Of a stretch of DNA of 45,763 nucleotides, positions 14,884 to 26,435 are shown in pieces. The position numbers and the translations under genes are program-made. The notes beneath the pieces were generated by a model. It made no database searches. It saw only the letters and a list, made by a program, of their open reading frames with translations, and was not told the DNA's origin. The stretch is from Trypethelium eluteriae (Eukaryota). The stretch covers positions 1 through 45,763 of the forward strand of contig JAVECL010000134.1 of the NCBI GenBank assembly GCA_051942245.1, given 5' to 3'. Position 1 is the first letter of the stretch; each line of letters opens with the position of its first letter.

Positions 14884-15710
14884 AGATCCAGCCGTTAAGT
14901 TCCTCCGACGACGCGAGAGTGAATAGAGTGAAGCTTGAAGACTGTGTGGAATAACGGTTTCTCAACAGGGAATGAGAACCTTATGCAGACTTCAAGCTAC
15001 TCTACGGTCCAATAGGATTCTGCATGTGTCATGCATAACATAAGAAGCCTAGAAAATCATTCGAGCTACGTACGCCAGCACTGATAACCTCCGAGAGGCT
15101 GCTTCCTAATAAAAATATCTACATTAGCAAATAGATCAGTGCGCAATAGCCCATGGTAATAACAGTCTTGTATGACGTCGCCAACAAATACTTTTACGCG
15201 CGGCATCCACGTTCATTGGGCGGAACCGATGCCAGCTTCAGTCAGCACAACGGGATTTCCTACACCTTCGGCTACCCATTCTTCTCCAATGGCAGAGGTC
15301 CATAAAGAACGATGGCACCCGTCACAGACACTCTACAAATTGCGAGTGATATCCTGCAAGGATCTCGCGGCACTTCATGTCTCCTGCGCCTGCGCTTGTG
15401 CTTTTCCCTCGGACTCGACAACGGCGGTGCGAGGCGCGCGTTACGGAGATGTACACAATCTATCTCAAGTGGTCCTGCACTATAACGCTTTTCTCCTTGA
15501 GAAGACCTGCTTGCAGCCTTTCCGTATTATTGACAGCAGCTCACTCATCGTATCCGAAAGTGAACTCGTTTTCTCCTTCATCTGCCCCTTCCTAGTCGCA
15601 CAGGAATGATATCCAATTTTTCAGTTCTCTGTTTTGGCTTGCCCAGCATTGAGAGCAACGAAATAGGACCAATTCAAAGACTTATCACTAAATTAAGGGA
15701 TAAAGTCTCT

Positions 15711-15742
15711 AAAAAAAAAAAAAAAAAAAAAAAAAGAGAGAG
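15711..15742. repeat. A24 homopolymer plus short (GA)n
   Basis: Directly visible; it reads as T24 on the sense strand just downstream of the Zn2Cys6 gene stop. Confidence 0.9.
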
Positions 15743-15757
15743 AAGCTGCGGCCCTGA

Positions 15758-16990
15758 TTACGATGATGAGTCGGAAGTCGCGACGCCCCATCTCTCCATC
15801 TGCTCCATACCGAATGTAATCCCAAGAGCCAGCTTTGCAAAGTCATTAAGATCTTCTGGTGCAACCATTGCGAACAGCTTATCAGTCTCCGTGAGTCGGA
15901 CCAACCCGCCATAGACCTCCGAGCATCGCCTTTGCCAGACCAGGGCTGATGGAGCTTCCCAGAATCCTTCGCGAGAGGTGAACATCATGCCGCCCAGGCA
16001 ATAAGCGACACCATCTTGACTCGTCAAATACGCTGCTTGGATAGCAGACACCACCAGCCACGTGCGTCGTAGGCTCTCAGCAAGTATCCAGGAGTACCAA
16101 ACGAAAGTCTCCCACGACAACCTATTGGCAGCTCGTTCTGCGCAGGAGGAAGAGACGAGGTAGCTTCCTAGAGAATCGGACTGGCTGGCTTGGTCGACAG
16201 CTTGTCGCATCCAGCTGTTCAGCACGGGAATGTGACTTTCTGCGATGCAGCGGAGTCGAATGTTGCCATCGTAAAGGCCAATCAATTGGTAAACTAACAA
16301 TGCCTGAGCTCGAGCCAGATGAATGAGAGGGTCAAGATTGGTAGGATCCACGCGCGAGGGCGAGCCTGCGGGGAGCGTATTCTGCTCCACAAGCTGCCGA
16401 GCTCTGTCCTGGATGATCTGGAAAATAGCCTGCTCATTCGATGGGTTTCTGTGAAGATAGCATGAAAGTGCCATATACGCATCCTGGATACATTTAGGGG
16501 ACCGGTGCCGATACAGCTCATGATGGATAAAGGGGTTGCTGTAGCCATCCACCCATTGGCCCAACCATCCGTGAACGGTAGTCACGGCGTACTTCAGGTC
16601 CGCAGGAGAACGAGGCCTGATTTCTTTCCCCTCTGGAACATGATCTATCAGCCACGTATCTGGCGAAATAAACCACCATGATGCAAGTCGATCATCGGGG
16701 ACTCCCAGGGACAATCCTGCAAAGTCGAGTCCGAGAGATGGTCTGAATGCGTTGGGTTCTCCAACATGAAGATCGGAGCGTGCCGAAAGCTGCGAGAGGC
16801 GGGAGGCAGAGACTGGGTTCTGGGGTAAAACTGTGCTATGCTCTGAGTAGGCAATGAAGTTACTCGGCTTTGGCTGCGGGTACCGGCATTCGACGCCCCT
16901 AGACGAGCATCTGAGGCAGCGTGGCCTCTGCTTTCCACATCTCCGCTTCGCCCCAGCGCAGGCGATACATGACAGCGTTATGTTCGACAT
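15758..16990 (-). CDS. Zn(II)2Cys6 transcription factor, intronless
   Basis: N-terminal CIACAGAKRRCGKQRPRCLRCSSRGVEC binuclear cluster. The C-terminal PFIH...W-LAESLRRTWL...WEAPSA segment is typical of short fungal C6 factors. Confidence 0.92.
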   Translation of the reverse strand: MSNITLSCIACAGAKRRCGKQRPRCLRCSSRGVECRYPQPKPSNFIAYSEHSTVLPQNPVSASRLSQLSARSDLHVGEPNAFRPSLGLDFAGLSLGVPDDRLASWWFISPDTWLIDHVPEGKEIRPRSPADLKYAVTTVHGWLGQWVDGYSNPFIHHELYRHRSPKCIQDAYMALSCYLHRNPSNEQAIFQIIQDRARQLVEQNTLPAGSPSRVDPTNLDPLIHLARAQALLVYQLIGLYDGNIRLRCIAESHIPVLNSWMRQAVDQASQSDSLGSYLVSSSCAERAANRLSWETFVWYSWILAESLRRTWLVVSAIQAAYLTSQDGVAYCLGGMMFTSREGFWEAPSALVWQRRCSEVYGGLVRLTETDKLFAMVAPEDLNDFAKLALGITFGMEQMERWGVATSDSSS

Positions 16991-17698
16991 GCTTCCCTCG
17001 CCTCTCCAGTGAGACGTATGCGCCGTTCCTGATGATTGTAGGAAGCCATACTGTGCTCCGTACTCCGTACCTGATTACGAATTGAATGTCTCTGCACGGG
17101 CCTTGCGGGTACTATCTCTTTTGGGGTAGTGCCCACGGGTCATCATTTGATCTAGAGTATCCGAATTCCTGTTGTAATTAGATCTAGTCATCGGTGACAG
17201 CCTTGCGACTCCTAAACGTCACATTGCTTGTCTCGCGTAAGACGCGGCTCAGCCAAGGTACGTAGCACCGACTTCTCGGAGGACGCGTCCGCCACATATG
17301 TTGATGCCGCCAACTGGTCTCCATTCCTTTCCAATCGTACTTTGCCTTCGTGCTTGCGGACGCCATCCAGATTGAGGATAGTTCCTCATTCGACCCGCTC
17401 CTGCTTTCAATGCAACTATGTTCAACTGGGCCCGCGAGTGGCCATGTTGTGTACATGTAGGTAGACTACATTGGCACGATGATGAATTTTCACCCCAGGA
17501 AGAAGTGATCTGAGATTTCCTATATATTCAAAGCAAACTCATCGCTATATGGTCATTTTCCTTCAAACTACGAGAAAAAATTTAGTCGAGTACAGTCATC
17601 GATTAATTCATCCTCAATATTCTCGACAGCCCCCTGCACTTAAAGCTTAAACTAAATACAGAGTCGCGGTCAAGCACGGTCTCTTCCGCGATTTCACC

Positions 17699-18756
17699 AT
17701 GTCACACGTACGAGGACTGTTCGACTTCACAAAATCCAACTTCACCAACACTATACACCAGGAGGTATACCCGGCAATAGCTCCTACAAGGCCGGAGCTT
17801 AGCCAGGATGGAAGAGCCATTCTGATAAGCGGAGGCGGCAATGGTCTTGGGTATAACATTGCTCAAGCCTTCGTTCGTGCCGCGGCACACACCGTCGTCA
17901 TCATCGGTCGACGATTTGATGTTCTAGTAGAGGCGAGATCTCGCCTCGAGGCGGAGACCAAAGCCGCCGACACAAATACTCAGATAATTGCCCGTGCTTG
18001 CGACCTTACCGACCGGGCTCAGGTCGACGCACTCTGGAAAGAACTCAACGACGTCCTTGGCATTGTCGTTGACGTCTTCATTGCCAACGCCGCTAAGCCT
18101 GCTCAACCTAAGCGAATCCTCGAGGCGGGTACAGACGACATCTGGTCTCAGCTCGAGGTGAACGCCAAGGCTCCTCTGTACCTGACTGAGAAGTTCTGCT
18201 CGCAGCCAGGCAAGAGACAGAAGGTCAGTCCTCCCGAATTCTGTCCGGCTTGCTGCCTGTGGGAAGTCCATCCGTAACTAACATTCTGCCGCTCAGTTCA
18301 TCGTAAATGTGTCGTCGGGATCCATCCATTACTACACTCATCCCGGCACAGCCGCTCGTCCAGGTGCCACTCTCTCAAAGATGACTGGCACATTGCTGTT
18401 CCAGCTCATTGCTATGGAGACTCCGCATGAAGAACTGCAGGTGATTAGCTACCATCCGGGGCTTTTGTGGAACGAATACTTCGAGTCACTAGGTTTGCCT
18501 CGGGAGAAATTCAATAACAGTGCGTTTGTGTTTGAATCTCTTATTCATAGAGGCGCTAATACCTTTAGGCGAGCTGGCTGCGGCGTTTGCAGTGTGGGCC
18601 GCGTCGAAAGAGGCTGCATTTCTCCACGGCCGCTTTGCTTGGGCGTCATGGGATGTTGAAGAATTAGCTACTGGCGAAACCAGGGAGCAGATCGATGAAG
18701 ACCCATACTTCCTAAGATCTACCATTGCACCGCTTAAGCGTGGAAACCGGGCTTGA
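17699..18756 (+). CDS. Short-chain dehydrogenase/reductase, 3 exons
   Basis: YPAIAPTRPELSQ-GR, Rossmann SGGGNGLG, VNVSS, YHPG and FLHGRF-WASWDV-EL. Introns 18224-18296 and 18520-18568. Confidence 0.9.
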
Positions 18757-20086
18757 TTACTGATCTCCTTTGGTGTGCATGAACACTGGTGATCATGCAC
18801 ATCAAAGGAGATCAGTAGCTTCAGACTTACTTACTAGCGCTACCTTTCTTAGACAGAAGACCAGTTGAAATGCTATACAAATGTACAGAGATTGGACAAA
18901 GAACAAAAAAAGCCTAGTCCGCAATATTGGTACCTTAAATTGCAACGATCCCACTCGCTCGTTTAGTGTAATCACCTCCTAGCAGAAGAAGGCGTATAAG
19001 GGATAGAAATTGAGAGCAATTCGAGGGTCTTGTAGAAGGTATCTTTATTTAAAAAATAACGCAACAGTACTGATGAAAGTGGCAAATATCTAGGAACATA
19101 GCTGTGGGGTAGGTGTAGGTGTGGTGGTCCATTGGATTGGGTTCGGTTGGAGTGAACTCAGCAGCGGATCGGCCCGTCGCGGATGTCGTACGGTAACCAT
19201 GTCTACGATACCGTACGCGACGTCTCACCGTCGGTCCAGAAGCCCAAGGGGCAGATATCTCAAAGTGATGGCTTTGATGAGGTAGTATTGTCATCAATGT
19301 GCATACCCAACATTGTATGACCGGGAGATTTAGGTCTTCGAAGCGCGGCTCAGCTCGGATCCATGAGTAATATCTCTAGGCAGCAACGAGGCAGATAGCA
19401 AGGCATACATGTTCTGAGGGGTTGAAGCGTTTTGCAATCTGCCTGCATGATACGAGTATGTTTTTAATTCGACGATTCCGTTCTATTGCCAGGATTTACA
19501 TCTTTATAGTTTAAGCGGTCCCTGTTCTTATGCATCGTCAATGGTCGCCGAGGTATAGCATGAACACTAATCGAGCCTATCAGGAATCATGCAGATCCCT
19601 CGAATGTGCAAAACTCCAGCATCTCACTGCGTCCGATGTCTACGACTTACATTAGCGTACTCTCCTCTAAGGTGATGAAAATCGCTACCTTACGAGGAAA
19701 TTTGGAGGATTGCGGAGTAATTCCTTCCATATTGATTCGCCAAGATCTTCGGACAAATCTCTTGAATAGGCCTCAGCGGCTACATTAAAGGATGCCTTAG
19801 ACACCAGATGCAGGGTGATGATGTACTCTCCATTCTCGGCATGCAAGAAGAGAAAGTGTACGCGCCTTGCGGAGTGGAGGTATTGGCCGTATAGATTCTG
19901 CCTTCTCTTCTCTGGTCACCCAAGGCAGACATGGTTTTAGTCTCATGAAGCGACGAAGTACTAAAGCAACCGTTCTTCTATCAGTGGCGATGCTACACAG
20001 ACTGTTTTCTTCCTGAATCAGGGACTGTCATTCCTTTCGTGTTATATTATTCCTAGTATTCAACTCAACCTCCCTCATCGAGTACC

Positions 20087-22334
20087 ATGACGCGAAGAAT
20101 AGCTATCCGAGCAAATCCTCAGGGAGTCCGTGCCATGGGGAGAACGAGGATTGGCTTTAGACTAAGAATCCGTGAGGCCCTGAAGCAGAAATTTGGACGC
20201 AATGACTCTCCCAAAGCCGCAGAGCTGGCATTTCCGGTCCCTTTGTTACCCAGAGAAAGAGATAGAGAGCGGGAGGACTCATCTGGAGATGAAGATGACG
20301 AAAAGAGTCCGTTTCCTACTCTGGGGTCCACCCACCACCATGAGTCCACTCAGAAGGAAGTTGCGTTGCGTGGAACGAGAGACGATTGTCTGACTGTCGA
20401 TGCTCACAAAAGCAAGAGCGGCGAATGGGTACTTGAGAAAAGCTCTACGACATTCCTAGAAGCAGACGCAAAGCCTGACACCACCCTTGATCCCTATTGT
20501 ATGGTCGCCACTCGTTGGTTCGACTTGAAGAACAAATATCTCAAAACCACACTGGAGATCAAATCGCCGGCTCTGATAAATGCACTGCGCACTCTCGTCT
20601 CATACTATCCTGACAATACATCTCTACACATGGACAAGACTATCAAAGTCGAGGACCCTCCGGCATTGATCTATCACTACCGCAATGAACTCCACGAATA
20701 CGCCCAAGCCCAAGACGTCGACGCAAAAACGAAACTGCACATTTCATATGTGCTAAGATACTTAGCCACAATAATGGGGGAGCAGATTGAGGAGTTCAAT
20801 ACCCACTTAGATCACGGTTTGATTGACTACAAGAATCTTTGGATGATCTTTAGGTCTGGTGGCTGGGTATATCAACCCGGTAAAGATCAGCTATATTTCT
20901 TCGAGCAAGGAGCCTACGGCATGACTGATGGTGTTGCCTCGTTCGACTTGAAATGCCACATGGTGAATTATGATGGCAAGAATGTTGGGCTGGAGCAGAC
21001 GAATCTCTGCATACATAAATATGAGTACCCAAGAGATATAACAGCGCTACCAGTCTATCCACTCAATTTTCATGGCGATCCAAAAGGACTGAAGAGGCGC
21101 CTTATCTCTCGAGCCCAGGCTTTCTTGGAGCTTCGAGGTGTCCAAGCCAGGGAGCACAAGGTCCTTCTCCCGCCTGATCCGTAATCTTGCTTGCTTACAC
21201 ATTGAATAGACGATTGGCCGCATGATGATCGACTGTAAAACCTACCAAGAGCGCAAGCCCATCTCTGTAGGTGCTATTACGTTGACGGAAAGCTGCAAGT
21301 GTGTCTGTCCTGCCTGTCGCGGTCAGGTAGTTGAGACCGTTGCAGACTACGACCACGGGCTCCGCGTACTCTCGGAAAATGAGATGCTGATGTGCAGTTC
21401 CCGTGTGTGCGGCTTCTCACTCAGTTCTCACGACTGGGTCCAGGTCTTCATTACTGATCTGAATGAGGTTCAATGGTCGACAAACGCGATGGAGAAGCTG
21501 GTCATGGATGAGAAACAGAAGAAGGTGATCCTTAGTTTGGTCACGTCTCCAGTATTTACAGAAGGCACGAACGCGGACATTGTTGGGTGGAAGGGTAAAG
21601 GACTTGTTACACTCTTACACGGTCCACCCGGTACTGGAAAGACGCTTACTGCAGAGGTGATGAGCGAGCATCTCCACCGACCTCTATACGTTGTTGATGG
21701 AGGTGAACTTGGCACCGATGCGGTACACTTGGAAAAGAACCTGCGTTCGATTCTAGAGCTTTCGAAGCGCTGGCAAGCCATCATCTTGATCGATGAGGCA
21801 GATGTCTTCCTGGAACAGCGCAGGGCACGAGATATTAAGCGGAATAATCTCGTCTCAGGTATTCCCACACTCCAGAGCTACTGTTGGTGCTAAAACTGAC
21901 GAATGACAGTATTTCTCCGTCGCCTAGAGTATTTTGAAGGCATCCTCTTCCTTACCACCAATCGGGTTGAGCATTTCGACGACGCTTTTGCTTCCCGTAT
22001 CCATCTTGCGCTCAATTATCCAGAGTTAGAGCCATGGATGCGTCGCGAGATTTGGATAAACGCCATCAGCCGCTTTCCCGCTGATGAGAGCGATATTGGA
22101 AAGCCGGCAGCGCTTGACGAGCTGTCGAATGTGGTCCTGAACGGGCGCGTGATTTCCTACGCAGTGAGGACAGCCAAAGCCCTGGCAGATGCCGAGGGCA
22201 AGAAAATGGGAGTTTCACACCTCTGGGAGGTTGTGCGTGTCTATCAGAAATTTAATGGCCAGTTCAAAGGAGAAGCGAGTGCTAAGCTCGATGTTGACGG
22301 CGATCGTGGGCATGTTGCTCTTCCGACGTCGTAG
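20087..22334 (+). CDS. Fungal AAA+ ATPase with long N-terminal domain (DUF7025-type), 3 exons
   Basis: GKGLVTLLHGPPGTGKTLTAE Walker A, IILIDEAD Walker B, FLRRLEYFEGILFLTTNR and FDDAF-SRIH. Introns 21161-21209 and 21859-21909. Confidence 0.92.
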
Positions 22335-23633
22335 CTGTTAGCTTCTTCTCAATATAACTTAGAATCAATTCGCAACGTGGTATTTTTGGGATTGCTAAAC
22401 ATGAAGCACATGAGTTGCATTTGTAGCTCCCCTGCGTGAGCCCTGTATTGAACGCCTCCATGTCCTTACGTCCACCAAGATAGACGATCATGCTAGGTTA
22501 TCACAGCTCACATACTCCTCCATCGCCGACAATGACACCGGAAGATGTCTAAGAGTATCGCAAATCCGAGGCTACCTGCGGCTCAATGTCCCCGAATATG
22601 ACGAAAAGTACATGTACAAAGCTCCGAGATTGTTTCAATGTGCGACCATTGCAAGCCAGCAAGCGCCGGTAGGTAACTACTTCATTCGTCGCACGCCCCG
22701 TAAAGCTAACTAATGTCAACCCTTCGACCACGTCTGAAATGGTGCCAGAAGTGGCCCAGTAAAGCGCAAACAGCCAGCATTGTGGCAAAATACCATGGAC
22801 AGCTCGCCAAGAAACCACGTGGACGGTCTGAACGGGTTTGTCGGACCAAATTTGTGCCAATCTGTGAAGAATGTGACCCTGCCTTACAAATGATGCCCCG
22901 TGTGATGGCAAGTTCCCTTGTACTCGGTGTATTGGGGTGAAATGTCAAGGAAAGTCGGTTTAGTGCGAGCTGCAAGGAGTTCCCCGTCGCCATAAAGCCG
23001 TTCCAGTCGAGTAAAGATGCGAATTGTGTCTTCAAGATAAGCATGCGTATGACAGGGTTGGTAGTCGATACAACCCATCACCAAAGCCACGAATCCTTTA
23101 CGTTATAACGATCCATGCAAGAACCCTGTCCACGCTCTTCAAAACCGCTGTGATTTTAGTCAACCGGCAAGTATGAAACTCAGTGACATCAATATGGCTG
23201 TGAGCAACTGCGATCTTGGGACCCTCCCATACGGATGCACCTCTGTTTAAAACAGTCATTATCCACCTCTTTATCGACCAGAGTACACGCCTATCTGAGC
23301 CAGTGTCATCCGTATTTGCGACTGGTATGGGAAAATAATCAATCTTCGTCTTCCGAAGAGAAGCCCTTTCAGACCTCTCGAGGCACACTGTGCTGTCCTA
23401 AGTTTCGCTCTCGTAGGATCCAATTTTGAGGCATGAGATTCTTGGCTCAAATGCTCGCCTCTGGTTTGATAAGGGAAGTCGTATAACAAGTCTGACCGGT
23501 AGAAGAGAAAAGTTGAACTAATGGACGAAGGCTTCACTTCGAAGATGTCAAAACGTGGCATTCCGTGGAGGGCTGATACGAAGAGATTGATCGGTTCAAG
23601 CGCTTTCCTTCACGAAATATTCCAATGCACCGA

Positions 23634-25084
23634 TCAGAGTCGCCAATTCAGCCAGTCGTCCTCCAACAGCTGCGATGCAGTTTGTCGATCTTCTGGTCGC
23701 CACTGCACCATTTTTCGTACGAATCGAAGGAAGGCCTTTTTGTTGCTACCTTCGAGGTACTCCTCGGACTCTTCCAGGCTCGTACGATCTGGCAATGGGA
23801 TATCACCTCGCCATTCACCTGTCGGATTAGCACGCCGGTTCGTATGTGTGGAAGGAGTCTCACCATTCTCGTCAAAAAACTCCGCAGTCCTTTTGCCCTT
23901 CTTCAAGAGTTCGAGGGGAGGAGGTCCCATCAAAGCGACCATTTCGGCGAGATGAGCGCGAGTCATATACCTCATCTCCTTCGGATCTTTGCCATAGAAC
24001 ATGTGTTTGCCTTCAAATAGGTCCCAAATCTAATCATCTGATTAGCGTGGTGCACCGTAGTCGCTTTAAAGGTGTGACGAACAAGGCATCCGACATTCCA
24101 TATATCAATACTATAGCTCCAAGGTGCTTTCAAGCACACTTCCGGCGCCCTATAGACGTTTGGCTGCACGTCCTCGTCATGCTCCACCTCTCCGGAAACA
24201 GCAGAGCCAAAGTCGCTCAGCATCGGTTCTCCGATGCTCTTACCAGATGGGGAATCGAACGACCTGGAGGCATACACAGTGTACCCTTGCACTCCTTTGC
24301 GGGCCGATGGGTGTTTTTGTTCAGCCTCAATGAATTTGTGGATGATGGATTTATCCTCAATTCCAAGCAGGATGTTCCAAGCACTGATATCTATTGCTAG
24401 TGAGGTTCTGATGCTACATCAGGGTGCCACCCAGGACCTACCTGTGTGTATCAGATGGGCATCATTGTGCAGAAAATCAAGCGCAGATAATAAACGCTGG
24501 AGTAGGACCCTCAATAGATCTTCAGTAAATCGATGACTGGGGTTGCGACGAAGTAACTCTTGCGTGTTTTCCAGCATAGGCTCATGGACAAGGCACTGGT
24601 GCTCGCCCCTCGGGCCTTGAAGGGTAAAAGTATCCAACGCATTTCGTAAATAATTGCGCCCAGGATGTTTCGACGGCACACTCGTCAAATGTTTGTAAAT
24701 ATTGGTCTCTTCTCTGTTCTGATGATCGTTGGTGAAGACCTTCAAGGCGACTGCACGCCTTCCGCTATATGCCTTTAGAATAGACTTCTTAACCGCTCGG
24801 TCGGTCGCATGCCAACGCCTGTGCGAAGAAGCTTACCGAAACTCATTGGCCAACCAGACCGTGGATCCAACGCCATATCCCAATTTTCCGACGACTTGAT
24901 ACTTGTTTTCAAGAATATCGCCGATACGTACAGGAAAATACCTACCTTTCGAGATGGCGTCGTGGGCTTCCTCTTCAATCTCCTGGTCGGATGGGAGAGC
25001 TCTGAAATTGGAATTACTGAAGCGAATCGGCTGTGAGTCGGGCACCCTCACTAGACCCTTAGCCAAATTCCAAAAAGAAGCCAT
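23634..25084 (-). CDS. CMGC/SRPK-like protein kinase of the expanded fungal subfamily, 5 exons
   Basis: YFPVRIG...YQVVGKLGYGVGSTVWLA, VALK, HQCLVHEP, HTD, SDFG, QPNVYRAPEV, DIWNVGC and W-PEDR. Four GT-AG introns, e.g. 24765-24836. The start codon is uncertain (25084 or 25111). Confidence 0.88.
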
Positions 25085-26035
25085 CAAACGAGGAGGCGAA
25101 GCATAGCGCATAATAAAGAAAAGGAGAGATGGCGAAATATAATCGTCTAGTAATGGCCACCCGTAAGTACCTGCCCTATTACTGGTATTCTGTGCAGCAC
25201 TGGCCTGAAGCTGCGACATGGGCCGTGCACTCTAAGACTGCCGCGTGGGGCACAGGCAACAGGCAACGCGCCTCAATATGATGTTAATTCTTCACCGTGA
25301 GTATAGACTTTTTTGCCTACTACCGGCTACAAATAGAGAGACACGACATCATAGAAGTCATCTCTTGATCCATTTCTCCGCGTGTTTTGTACCGAGACGG
25401 CATATCCCTTGAATTGCGGCACAGAACCCACATGAGTCTTACCTGGAAAAGGTACTCCCATCACCGCCTGAGGCGCCTATCGGCGATGCTAAGCATTTCT
25501 CAAACGAAGCGATTGGATCTCCAATGCATTGTGGCATCGCTCAGGCTGAAGTCAACGGCTTCAGAACGCGAGTGCAAAGCTCGAGCGCCTGTTTTTCCTT
25601 AGATCTACTACTTCTGAATTACGTTATGGAGTCTAAAAGCGTGCGACTACGAGTATGATATATCGTATCAAGAAGACCTGAAATGTGCACTCTGCTCTAG
25701 CCTCAGGCATCTTCAGTCATCGGCCACTACCTCGATTAGATATGGCGAGATCAGGCGGGATCGAGACATCGGAATCGAACCCATATGGAGCTGGCTGCCC
25801 GCTACGCCACCTTCTGCTATGCCCATCTACCCTACAGCTGCCTGAGGCCAATACCAACAGCCTGATCTATCACTAACCCTGTAAGTCGGCGCTTAGAGCA
25901 CAAACATGTATACGGTAGCTCCCACGCTCTTCTGAGTCTCCTCTCTTTCTCTTTCCACAAAAAGACTATCTCAACTCACGTGAAATCAGCCTTTCCTCAA
26001 CCGCCCCCCAATCTACCTCCCCCAGGGCAATCGTG

Positions 26036-26435
26036 ATGTCTCGCTTCTTCTCCTCTACAGCTGCGAAGGCTGTCGGCCAGTGGTTTGGCTACGGACGGGA
26101 CAAGCTAACTCCAAAGTGGAGAACGGCTGTCGAGAAGTTCACCGAACCCGGTGGGAGCGCCGAGAAGAGACTCGGCGAAATCAAGTCCGTCACTATCAAG
26201 TATGTGGATCCAAAATCGCTGTAACCATTAAGCTCACTTGCTTTGTATGATACATCGTTGCTGACATTGGTAGCTAAGGTCGCGCGAGGAGGGTCCAGTG
26301 CACAAGTCCCATTTCAACCCAAAGGATAAGGAAGAAGTGGTTAGCTTACGTGTTGAGGGCGAAAAGGGCACCAAGACATGCCATGTCTACGAAGATGGCA
26401 CAGGGACAACGAAGAAAGGGGGGGGGCGTGACTAG
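26036..26435 (+). CDS. Small hypothetical protein, 106 aa, 2 exons
   Basis: A pyrimidine-rich leader precedes exon 1 (MSRFFSSTAAKAV...VTIK). Intron 26200-26278 (GTATGT...GCTGAC...AAG). Exon 2 is open as SREEGPVHKSHFNPKDKEEVVSLRVEGEKGTKTCHVYEDGTGTTKKGGGRD*. Confidence 0.75.

Noticed and set aside
15711..15734. A24 as the poly(A) tail of a retrocopied intronless TF
   Set aside because: Wrong orientation (T24 on the TF sense strand) and no target-site duplication seen.
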